Source: Mobula hypostoma (taxonomy: Eukaryota). From it: a stretch of 64,000 nucleotides of DNA. The stretch is from assembly GCF_963921235.1 (NCBI RefSeq), contig NC_086123.1, forward strand, positions 31,682,001 to 31,746,000, given 5' to 3'. Made by a program: the position numbers and the translations under genes. Of this stretch, positions 25,722-36,857 are shown piece by piece. The notes below the pieces were generated by a model. The model made no database searches. It saw only the letters and a program-made list of their open reading frames with translations, and was not told the origin of the DNA. Numbering within the stretch: the stretch's first letter is position 1; each line of letters starts with the position of its first letter.

Positions 25722-26078
25722 GAAACACAAGAGATTCTACTTATGCTAGAAATCCAGAGCGACACATACACAAAATGCTGCAGGAACTCAGCCGGTCAGG
25801 CAGCATCTATGGAAATGAACAAACAGTTGATGTTTCAGGCCTAGACTCCTCCTCAGGATGGGAAAAGAAAGAAGAAGACACCAGAATAAAAAGGTGGGGG
25901 GAGGGGGAGGAGGACTAGCTCGAAGGGGACAGGTAAAGCCAGGTAAAAGGCTGGGGAAGAAGTAATCTGACAGAAGAGGCAAGTGGACCATGGGAGAAAG
26001 GGAAGAAGGAGGGGCACCGACCCTTTATTCATTTCCATAGATGCTGCCTGACCTGTCGAGTTCCTCCGGTGTTTTGTG
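25722..26078 (-). mobile_element. Penelope pLTR-derived element with inverted partial copy
   Basis: Minus copy at about 25722-26015 plus a plus-strand piece at 26024-26078 that is inverted relative to 25769-25823. Confidence 0.75.
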
Positions 26079-26079
26079 A

Positions 26080-26480
26080 GGAGAATTTCATAATTACTTT
26101 CTTTTGGGTGAATACATTTCTTTTCACCCGTCTTGAACGACTGATCCCTCATTTTGAAACTGTGACTTCTGATTCTAGATTCATGTCAAGAGGCATGAGA
26201 GTTTTGTATGACTCAGTGTGATTACCTCACATTCTGATGAAGTCCAGAGAGGTAAGCACAGTCTGCTTAATCTCTCCTCACATCAAAAACTCACATCCAG
26301 AGAGTCAATCTGAGAAGCTTTCACTGTACTCCTTCTGTCACAAGTAGATCATTTCTCAGACTGGGAGACGAGACCTGTACACAGTACTCCAGGTTCCATA
26401 TTACCATAACTCTATATAAATGGAGGAAGATGTCTTGTACTCAAGTTCTCTTGCAATAATAATTAACATATTGTTTCTCT
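26080..26480 (-). mobile_element. Degraded CR1 3' fragment
   Basis: gagacctgtacacagtactccagg and ccctcattttgaaactgtgac are CR1 ORF2 C-terminal antisense motifs. Confidence 0.6.
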
Positions 26481-26499
26481 CCTAACTGCTTGCTGAAAT

Positions 26500-28350
26500 T
26501 CTGTTTTCAAGCATTGAACTCTTCATCAGAACTGTGGAAGTGAGAACACAAGTTAGTTTTAACTGCAGAGAAGACAGAGAAGGGATGGATAGGTCAAAGA
26601 GAATTTTGCGATACATTAAAACCACTTGATGTAATTCTTCCTTTTTACAGAGCAAGCTGATTGATTAATTAATGAAACAAAGAGAGAAAAACAGAAAATG
26701 GACATGCATGTTCAGAAATGCCAGTGAGTAACCTGAACCAATAGAGGTGCTAGAAATGCCCAGTTCAGACAGACATTCCATCTCCTGTAGTTACATGACA
26801 AAGATCTTCGGGAAAAAAAGTTCTGTGAGACAGAAGAGTATATGATAATTCATTGTGCTGGAAGGTGAAGACTAGAGCAACTCTATCCATGCTCAGGCAA
26901 AGAGGAGAGAGAATGGGGAAATAGAAAAAATGATATCAAGGATCAATTAAATATAGTCAGGAGGAAACCATGATCGATGAGAAAGCAAGATAGCTTAGAG
27001 GCATTTGTGTGGAAAATCTCATCATTAGAATAGATAGGATGAAAATAGAGGATTTTGGAAAGTAAAATAGTGCTCAAAGGATTTTCTGCAGATTTTCTCG
27101 TTTGTGGAAGATAGTGAAAGTAGTTGTGGGAGTCTATGGGCATGTAATGGACGTTGTTTGCTGATGTATTCCCTAAAATGAAGACAAAGGTAAGTAGAAA
27201 GGCAAGGGAAGAAATGAACCTTATAAATAATTGAACAGGTTGGAAAATGGCAGCAAAAGTAATTAAGTATTTGAGTTCTATATGAATGCAAGAACCAACA
27301 CTAACACAAAGTTAATAATGTTCCTGTTAAAAAAAAAGTTGAGAGAGTGGAACCAAGTAGGATTTTTTAAAAAAAAAGGAACTACATCTTCCACAGAAGG
27401 GCCCATTTGAGGTTCCAGCTTTGATCTGGAATAAGTTGTTCACTTTCAACCAGGCAAATAACTGTTGGAAGAAGAGAGCAGAAGGCCTACTGTACATGCC
27501 ATCCTGGTAGTAGTGAAGGTACCTTATTTGGGATCCGGATACTAGAAATTGCCAGTGGCAGAGGGCACTTGGGATGTCAAGGAGATCATTCACAAAAGTG
27601 ATAAGGGACTGGACCAGAGGAGAAAGAATGAAGTTAAGGTAAGAAAAAATGTTTGCTAGGGAAAAGCAAGCCTTAAACAAAAGGGCCAGCCTATATAGTC
27701 CCTTCAGTGGATTTTAGGAAGAAGATAGAAGTATGGACTGCACGTATGGAGTACTACAAAGCTGGAGGACGATGAGAAAGATCTACTGAATAATGAGATT
27801 AATAATTACCTGCTCCTCAATGGCCTGATCTTCATAGCGGAGCCAAGGCTCAGAATGAGTTATGGGGTATTTCTGAAAACTGATGTTTGGCCCTTCAAGA
27901 TAGGTGCCATCAAATCACAAAACCACCACTCTGGAGGACAGTTTGGATAAAGGTATTACTTAGGGAACAGAAGTTCAAGTTCAGAAAGGGATAGATTAGA
28001 ACATGTAAAGGGAGTGGACAAACTAAGGTAGTCAATGTCTCATCAGCTGATAGTCATGAAAAGATCTCGAAAGGATAAGATGCCAGGAGGGGCCCATTTA
28101 GGGTGGGGAGAAATAATCATTAGGAATAAAGACACTTCATGCCTTCTAAATGTACTGCAGTCATAGTTTAAACCTGGTCGGTGTTTCTTTTCTCTTTAAC
28201 TGCCAATACCAGAGTTAATTGTTACCTTAACAAACTTATTAAAAGGCATCCCCCATTTTCCTTACCTCTGCCTGACACTGCAACTTAAAACAGGTTTGTT
28301 TTCTCACTTTCCATTTCTGATGAAGACTCACTGACCTGAACCATTGACTG
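26500..28350 (-). mobile_element. Decayed Penelope-like retroelement with inverted terminal repeats
   Basis: Minus ORF PIDSHNYFHY...IYSNDEIFHTNASKLSCFLIDHGF resembles the PLE RT thumb (KPTDSHSYL..RRICSDDETFH..FLNRGF). Inverted arms at 26521-26568 and 28278-28325 both contain ctgatgaag. Confidence 0.65.
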
Positions 28351-28378
28351 TTGCTTAATCATGTTATAAAATACTCAC

Positions 28379-28539
28379 CACTGGTCGAAGAAAATTGTCC
28401 TCGCATTTTGCCAATTGGTCCTTGCTTGAACGCATTGTTTGTGGTAGGACATCACGCTGGTACGTAGACGATGTTTTTTCAATCTCCTGTGCTCCATTAT
28501 GGACTGGTCTGCCAATTGGCCTGTCCCGGATATATGCAG
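28379..28539 (-). CDS. SMTN: Smoothelin internal coding exon (161 nt)
   Basis: tccttccatttcttcag|CT GCA TAT...CCA GTG|gtgagt. The phase 1 start fits the previous exon and gives AAYIRDRPIGRPVHNGAQEIEKTSSTYQRDVLPQTMRSSKDQLAKCEDNFLRPV, loosely similar to human AATLAGRLYSGRPNSG...LEQCE. Confidence 0.85.
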
Positions 28540-29174
28540 CTGAAGAAATGGAAGGATAGCAAGTATAAGTCATAGACAAGATCTTTGGAGAATATTTTCA
28601 TGTGACTTAGATTAGAGTATGGAAGGTAGCTCATGAGTCGATGTTCAATAATATACGATTTGATAGTATCAATGTAGAGAAACTCAACATTCTTTATTTC
28701 TAACAATCTCCAAGAAGTTCATACCAAAATGGAAAGGTATGAGGCATATGCTAAGTTTATACTTCTTCAATGTTCTTCAATGAAGTGTTTCATAGCTAAA
28801 ATACTATTCCAGAAATGGAATTTTTCCCAGGTTCTTTCTGCCCTCACAGGTAGAAGTAGAATATTTCATATTTTTACTCAAGTTTTAAGAGTCCCTCATT
28901 CCTTTCATTTATTCCTCAATCATTCCACAAACTTGCAGCCTTCCACATTTTCCCTCATTCTTCATGCCTTCTCCAAATTTATTTTGACCACATATCCTGC
29001 ATCCTGGCCAAAACATTGATCATCCAACTTTTTTTACTGGCTCCCATGTTAGGTAATTCCATAATAATTCTCCTTCCTCTGATTTTCTCCTTTTTTCCCT
29101 CAAGTCTGCTATAATACACCCTCTCTTCACTAAACAAATGTCACAAGACTTTAAAGCCCTATCCACAGTCCTAG

Positions 29175-30500
29175 TTATGCATTTTGCTGGGATCCAGGTC
29201 CCATCATGGTTCACCCCAATATGGGTGCCAATTTCCTATGAATTCAAAACCACTTCTCTCACACCAATCATTTAACTCTCTAATCTTCTTGACCCCATGT
29301 CAATTTGCACATGGCTCAGGTAGTAATCCAGAGATTACTACCTTTTTGGTTCTGCTTTGTAATTTAGTGGCTAGCTGCTCAAATTCCTTCAACAGAACCT
29401 CTTTTCTTGTTCTACCTATGTTGTTGGTAACCACATGGACCATGACAATTGGATCTTTCCCATCCCACTGCAGATCAGATAAGACGTCCTGAACTTGGGC
29501 ACCAGGCAAACAACACAGCCTTCAGGAAGCTCTATCCTTACAACAGAAAACTGTCTATTCCTCTGACTTTACTATCCCCAAGTTCCACCACATTTTTCTT
29601 CTTTTCCCCCCTCTTGAATGGCTCCCTGAACTGCAGTGCCAAAGTTAGGTTGCTCATCCTTCCTACAGCCCCCATTCTCATCCACTCAGGGAGCAAGAAT
29701 CTCAGACCTGTTGGACAAGCTCAAGGGCTGAGGCTCCTCCACCACTGTCCCTTGGATCCCACTACCCGCCCCATTCACAGTCACACCTCTTGTCCCTGAT
29801 CACAGACTGAATTTGAGGCATCTGAACTGAATTGACTTTATTACTTACATCCTTCATATCCATGAGGAGATAAAAATCTAATCTAATGAATGTGACTACC
29901 TCCTGAAACAGAGAATCTAGGTAGCTCTCCCCCCCCTGATGTGCCACAGTGTTTGAAGCTCAGGTTCCAGGTTATCAATTTTGAGCCTGAGTTCCTCGAG
30001 CAGCCAACACTTGCTGCAGATGTGGTCACCAGGAACCACAGTGGGGTCCACCAGCTCCCACATCAGGCAGCTACAGCACATCACCTGATCCTGCATCATC
30101 CCTTTATTTAATCAGTTCTAATTTAGTGACTTTATATTTAACAAGTACAAAAATCTTACTTGCTACTTACCTGTGCCTCCTCGCCAAAGCCTCAAGTACC
30201 CACTCCTAAACTAGTCCCCTCACACAATGGCCTCTCTGCTTTGACCCTGCTTTACTTTTATTTGCTCCTGCTAATGAATCACAAATTGATTGGTCCGCCA
30301 CTAATGTGCCGATCCCCATGAAACACTCCTTTTATAAACTCTTCTCCAACATGTGCAAAGTTCTCCCTTTCTCTCTTCAAATCGACTGGTCCACCGCTAA
30401 TGTGCTGAGCCCCGCGAAACATTTTTTTTTAAAACTCTTCTCCCCAACCTCTGTGAAGCTCTCTCTCTCTCTTTTCAAGTCAGTTGGTCTGCTGCTAATG
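29175..30500 (-). mobile_element. CR1 LINE 5' part: 5'UTR with tandem repeats and ORF1 (Zn-finger/zipper and SGNH esterase)
   Basis: ORFs CCSCLMWE..HICSKC..EELRLKIDNLE and PGAQVQDV..VMVHVVTNNIG..VVISGLLP. Repeated gattggtccgccactaatg units at 30285-30500. Confidence 0.88.
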
Positions 30501-30559
30501 CCAATTAAATAAACTGTGATGCAAAGTGTAACTATAGTTAACAATGAAGACAAACTTTA

Positions 30560-30840
30560 GGTGGCACGGTAGCGTGGTAGTTATCACATCTCTTTACAGT
30601 ACCAGTGACACAGGTTCAATTCCCACTGCTGTCTGTCAGGAGTTGGTGGGTGCTCAGTTTCCTCCCACAATCCAGAGACATACCGGTTGGTAGGTTAATT
30701 GGCCATTGTAAATTGTCTTATGATGAGGCTAGGGTTAAATCGGGGGGGCGGGGGGGAGAGGGTTTGCTGGGCAGCACAGCTCGAAGGGTCAGAACGGCCT
30801 ACTCTGTGCTGTATCCCAATAAATAAGTAAATAAATAAAA
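30560..30840 (+). mobile_element. tRNA-derived V-SINE/HE1-like SINE
   Basis: A-box-like gtggcacggtagcgtgg, B-box ggttcaattccc, central ggtaggttaattggccattgtaaattgtc, and (taaa)n tail. Confidence 0.8.
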
Positions 30841-31045
30841 TTGTTAGCAATGAGCATGTGCGACATTATCAGCAACCAGCCTCACTTCACGTACCTGATT
30901 CCATGATGAAACCAAACGTGTCGACAGGGAGCTTACTTAACACCAGCAACAAAATCAAGATTCTCCCCTGACAAATCATTTCAGTACTATGTTAATATAA
31001 ATTCATCTGAATAAACTTATATATGAAGGATACAGACTGACCCAC

Positions 31046-31124
31046 CTTCAATCTCCCGTTCACGGAGCTTACGCATAGCAGCTCTAATTAATTTACGTTC
31101 CTCATATTCAGCTGCACTTCGGAG
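31046..31124 (-). CDS. SMTN: Smoothelin internal coding exon (79 nt; smoothelin-repeat motif)
   Basis: tttcaacag|CTC CGA...ATT GAA G|gtgggt. Translates LRSAAEYEERKLIRAAMRKLREREIE, versus human LRSAGEYEERKLIRAAIRRVRAQEIE. Phase 0 to 1, compatible with both neighbouring exons. Confidence 0.96.
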
Positions 31125-31614
31125 CTGTTGAAATACCAAAAAGAAAGAAATTGTAGTAATGGAATTTCAAACCTGATGCTAATAGTGTAAATAAACATCT
31201 TTGAAACAATGTTTCATACTACTTTTTGTAGACAAATCCTGATGACAGTATCCTGAAGATCACTATTTAGTTATGAATACAGTTGCTGAAGAACAACCCT
31301 ATCCCACTGTGTGTTGCCAAGACACCAGACATCACTCACATCGCTGCAGATTTTTGTCTGTGGACAACAGGTATCGCAGCCCACCCTCATAACCAATCCA
31401 TCATTGCCACAGTATTTTAGGTGTCATGGAAACCTGCCCTTGTCTCGTTTAGTGGAGGACTCCAGTGTGCATTCCAGCAATACATTCTTGATTACTGGTG
31501 ACCAGTTTTTGTGGCACGGTGGCCAATGACCACTGGGGCCATGTTTTCAGTGCAATCTTATTCTACCTTCACAATCACAGCTTTTCTGTGTCAGGTCCAC
31601 CATTTAAGACTTAG

Positions 31615-31716
31615 AGTAACATACAAAGAATGCTGGAGGAACTCAGCAGTCAGGCAGCATCTATGGAGAGAAATAAAGAGCTGACATTTTGGGCCAAGAC
31701 CCTTCATCAGGACTCA
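31615..31716 (-). mobile_element. Penelope pLTR-derived element, hammerhead with GAAA changed to AAAA
   Basis: Reverse complement agtcctgatgaagggtcttggcccaaaatgtcagct. Confidence 0.75.
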
Positions 31717-33793
31717 TTATCAGGATTATTAAAGACTTGTTGGATCATTCACAGTTTTGGACCTCTCCCTTAACTCAATGCATGGAAGATTCCACCAAGA
31801 GCACAAGCTCTAGAAGATATCAGAGCCACCAGAGCAGGTCAGGGGGCGAGTAGCCTTTGGCAAGAATCATACAAAAGCATGAAAAATAGGAGGAGTAAGT
31901 CAAAGAGCCCGTCAAGATCAGGATTGATCTTCTACCTCAGTGTAATTTTCTAACTCTATCCTCGTACCTCTTGATTCTCTTAATGTCTAGAAAAATATTG
32001 ATCATTATTCTTAATGTAGAAAGAGCACACACTACCCAGTGTGGAGAGCAACATGGAGGCCAGGAGTTTGTACTTTCTCCTCATAACTGCATGGGTTTCC
32101 TCCAGGTGCTCTGGAGTCCTCCCACATTCCAACCACATACACTCATTGGTAGGTAAATTAGACACAGGGGTGTAACTGGGCTATGTAGGGTCACTGGCCA
32201 GAAGACCTGTTGATGCACTGTATTTCTAAATAAATAAACCCAGGTCTCTGCTACTATAAACAAGTAGCTCTATCAGCTGCACCACTGATCCTTTCTTTTG
32301 GCAATTTACGTAAAGTTCCAAAGGCTGGTGTACTGTATATAGATGGTGGTCCTACTTCAGATCATCATGAAATTAGCAAAGTATAAGGAGCCCCCAGCCT
32401 GACTTACTATTCTATTTTAGAATGAGTTTTGCAATATTTTAGCTTGTTGTTCAAAATGTCATATTTTTTGATAGCAGCAAAACTCATTTTGAAAATTAGA
32501 AGAGTACAATAAACATTGAGATAAATATATTTTTTCTTTTTTCCTCAATGCTTCATTAATCCATGAAAGAGACATGAGCCCTACAAGCTAAAAAGTCATA
32601 CTTGACTTATTCAACATTCAAGTACATTTATTATTAATATATAAATTATACAACCTTGAGATTTGCTTGCTCACAGAGCCACAAAGCAAGAAACATGAAA
32701 GAACCCAATTGAAGAAAAAAATTAAAATAAAAACAAAAGACCAACACTTGATGCACAAGAGAAATGTAGGACAGTTTGACTCACTGTCCCAGACAGTGTG
32801 GAAACTATATTAGGTTTCTGATCTAGCAATTCCTAGTTTGTTCCAATAACTAAAACCTGTAGAAAACAACAATGCTATTAATTTCAGATAAATGTTATAA
32901 TTTGATGGCATGTCAGTTAGCTTCAAAAGATTAGTAGCTCAGGCACGAGTCTTTATCAGAAATATACAACCTTGACCCAACAGGAATTCTTTATTTCAAC
33001 TGTTTTTCATAAATCTGAAAAAATATTTTCACTTTTCTATACGGCTCCAATTGTACACTTCTGAGTACAGTCACATTGATAAATTATTGTATTAAATCCT
33101 AAGAGGGAAATTTACTCAGTCCAAATTAAAACATCTGACCTCAGCTTTTACAAGTCTTGCCAACAACTTTATGCTAGGAGTGGGATTGGGGTGGGGATCT
33201 GAAATAAAAATGAGCTCTCTGATATTTTGCTGGAACATGCACACAAATGGAGACTGACTCAGGAAGGAAGGATTCCTTCAAACAAATATGATGTACCGTA
33301 CGCTCACTGGTGGACATCAGTAGAAGTATATTTTAAATTAGACTTTAAGAGAAAAAAAGTAAATAGTCAGAAGCCTATTGAGTGATGCTTTAAGTTAAAA
33401 AGTTAAGTTTAAGTTAAGTACCCATTTACTCTGACCCCAGTTTCCAACATTTGACTAATAGATTCCTATATCTTAACAATTAAAATTCACATCTAAGTAT
33501 TGTATGTCTTAAATTTTGTGAAAGTGTCTGCCTAAGTACCTCAATCTAATCACCCCTCAGCCTCATCTACACCAAGGAAAATAAAGCTATACAGTCTCTG
33601 CTCATAAGTGAGACATTCTGTCCTGGGCAATAACCTGATAATCCTCCTCTGCACCTTCTCTAGTGCAATGACATCCTTCTCGTATCATGGCAACCAGAAA
33701 TACACACAGTACATTAACTATGGCTTAACCGAAGTTTTACATCGTACAACCATAACTCCCTGTTCTTAGATTTTGTATCCTAGGCAATAAAAA

Positions 33794-33915
33794 CTTACTA
33801 GCTCTTCCTTCAGTTAGTCCTGACGAAGGGTCTCGGCCTGAAACGTCAACCGTACCTCTTCCTAGAGATGCTGCCTGGCCTGCTGCGTTCACCAGCAACT
33901 TTGATGTGTGTTGCT
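33794..33915 (+). mobile_element. Penelope pLTR-derived element (young subfamily) with hammerhead core at 33816-33851
   Basis: agtc-ctgacga-agggtctcggcct-gaaacgtc-aacc. 117/122 identical to the reverse complement of 24066-24187. Confidence 0.85.
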
Positions 33916-34039
33916 AAAATTTTGGAGGTGGTGGAAGTTACAGGGAATAATATGTTGGACCCGGAGGCTGGTGGGGTGGTAGTTTGTATGCCTACTTGAC
34001 CATCTTATTCACCTGTGTAGCCATCATCAGGGATCCTTG

Positions 34040-34622
34040 AACATGTACACAAGGGACCCTCTATTCCTCATGGGGTGTAAGGGAAGGTTAGCACCTCTGG
34101 TGGGGGAGCATGTCGCATCCTTTTCAAGGCGGTTTTTCCACCTTTGGTCCCCACCTGGCACTCAGCTCTCACTTGTGGCTCCCCGTAGCTGTTTGCATGT
34201 GACAGTGACCACACCCGGGCAATGGCTTTGACGAGCTGGCTAAACCAGGTGAGGGTAGCCGATGGGTCTCAAACCCTCGGTGAGATAGGGAGTTGTCTAT
34301 CCCAGCATGTGAAGACAGACTCCGGCGGATTGAGCAGACGAGACCAATGGAAGGTTCAACAGTCAGGAAGGCGGTCTCTGCAAGCGTCATGGAACATGTA
34401 GAGCAGGACAAGACACGGAAGACATCCTGATCATCCACTGCTCCTAGTCCCATCTCCAGCTGTCTCAACTCTGTCTTGCCACTGGATCCAGATGGGAAAT
34501 GGGAAGAGAGAACGAGGCTGACGATGCGCAACTCTCCCTCACTTAAATCCAAATCACACGCTAGTCTCGACACCATCAAATGGTGTCGAGGTCCTCATCG
34601 ACGTCAATGATGGACGAACAAA
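34040..34622 (+). mobile_element. Probable RTE-related non-autonomous retroelement
   Basis: GC-richer island with RTE-5'UTR-like text (gagcatgtcgcatcc..., ggctaaaccaggtgagggtagccg) ending gatggacgaacaa. Family assignment is tentative. Confidence 0.45.
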
Positions 34623-36614
34623 ATTTCCTCATGACTCTGTTGGGCCTCAGCTTTCATTATCCATGTCCCAACCTATTAATCCTCTCAAAATTCATCAACA
34701 CACATCTATACGGATTAAATTCCATCTGCCATTGCTCTGCCTCCTTACCAACTCATCAGCATTGTTCTGCCTACCCTCTGTCTAGCCTGTCTACCCTCTC
34801 CACCAACAAGAATATGCTATCTCTGCAATGTTCTAGGAAGATTTTTGACACAAATAAAAAGCACAGAAATAAATGCAGTAGTCAGATTTAAATGCTCATT
34901 TTAGTTCTAGTGACAGGTCTTCAATCTGGAATTTTAACTCTGTTTCTCTTTCCATAAATGTTGCCAGAGTTGCTGAGCATCTTCTGTTTTTATTCTAAGC
35001 TTAAATGTTCTTCTTCTGAATCTTATAATTAATTTTAATTTCTTTTCTCCATAATACTCTAAAAGGTAAGCAGTTATTAATTAAACCTACAGCTTCTTAA
35101 TTATCAATTGACCAGACCACAGTTGATGAGGTTGTGGGGGTGAATCAAACAAGGGATTAATGCAAATGAGTTGTTTTTGGCTCGTCATCCTGATGGGCAG
35201 AAAGACCTGCTTATCTGCTGAATGTCTATGACTCGCGGTTCCCTACTCCACTAACGGGGGTTAGTTTGTTTTCATAACAATATAAGGGGTTTCCTTATGT
35301 GGATAGGTATTACTAACCTACAGCAAAAGTAACCAAAAAAGGGACCACTTTGATTTTCCCCTGTCATTTTACAGGACCAGAATTACTGCAGTCCTGCACT
35401 CAAAATAATATTTTTTACTGATTGTGGAAGATCAGTTACTGGATAAATCAGGAAAAATATATTTGCCAGTAAAAGTATGCCAACATAATTTTCAGTGCTT
35501 GTAACTATAGGCAGGAGAAATTCAAACCAAAAAAGGTGAAATTTGAGTGAACATTGAGCTTTCTAGAAAAGGGAAACACATATTGGAAGAAATACAGTGC
35601 CTTTATAAATCTCAAGTACATGTAATAATAGTTGTCAATCTTCAAAATGCATGCGTTCTCCCTTACAGTGAAATAATAAACTAGTTTAAACGTTTATGGG
35701 GAAGCCACTTACACAGATGAAAACATCAGGGCTTTATGGAACGATACAGTGTCTGGTTCTCTGCTATTGCATTAAGTAAACATTGGATATTGCCCAGGTA
35801 GGGTTTCTCGTACTCCTGATCTTGCTCCTCAAGACAGGGCCAATGAATTCCATGTTTGCATCTCCTATTATTCCAGCATCAACTCTGGGAAGTGATTGCA
35901 AAGATTCTTCGGCATACAGCACTCTGCAATGAAATAACTCTGCTACTCAAAGAATATTGCAGGTAACAGAATTTCATCCTTGAGGTAATGACAGTTCCTA
36001 CCATGTTTCCATTATTTTGTTGGGTTATACCCAGGTGCTTTAATTCACGTTTACACTGGTATAAGTAGTTGGAGAAGAAATAGACAGACCTTTCCACACA
36101 AGATTCTTCAGCTGGCAGAGTTGACCATGAAATATATCCAAAAGTGTACACTCCCACAAGATGGAGCCATCATGGAATTGGCCATCAATTGGAAACCAGA
36201 AATATATTGAGTATGTTTGTTAAATTTGGTTATTAATGGGTGCCCTTATGGGTATGTGTGCAGTAAATAGCTCTCTGCACTTGCAACATTGGCAAATCAG
36301 TAAATGAGATACTTCTGGTAATGCTTCCCCCTCTCCTTCACCATTCTCCATTCCCCTTTCCCTCACTCACCTTCACCTTACACCCGTCACCTGATGGGTG
36401 ATGCCCGCCCATCACCTTCCTCCGGTGCTCCGCCCCGCTTTCCTTTCTTCCATGGCCTCCTGTCCTCTTCTATCCTCTTCTATCAGACTTCCCCTTTTCC
36501 AACCCTGTATCTCTTTCACTAATCTACTTCCCAGCTCTTTAGTTCATTCCTCCCCCTTCAGATTTCACCCATCACCTTGTTTCTCTCTCCCCACCACCTC
36601 CTCCCACCTTTTAA

Positions 36615-36857
36615 ATAATGTTGGAGGTAGGTTTTTCACACAGAGAGTGGTGGGTGCGTGGAATGCACTGCCAGCAAAAGCAGTAGAGGTGGATAGAATT
36701 GGGCCTTTTAAGAGACTCTTAGATAGGTACATGGAGCTTAGAAAAATAGAGGGTAATGTGGTGGGTAAATTCTAGGCAATTTCTAGAGTAGGTTACAAGG
36801 TCGGCATAACATTGTGGGCCAAAGGCCTTGTAATGTGCTGTAGATTACTATGTTTCT
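36615..36857 (+). mobile_element. CR1 3' end
   Basis: GRFFTQRVVGAWNALP C-terminal motif followed by the gggccaaaggccttgtaatgtgctgtag tail. Confidence 0.85.

Noticed and set aside
35877-35962. Plus-strand AG...GT segment reading HQLWEVIAKILRHTALCNEITLLLKEYC
   Set aside because: Isolated, with no recognised homology or partner exons. Probably a pseudo-exon.
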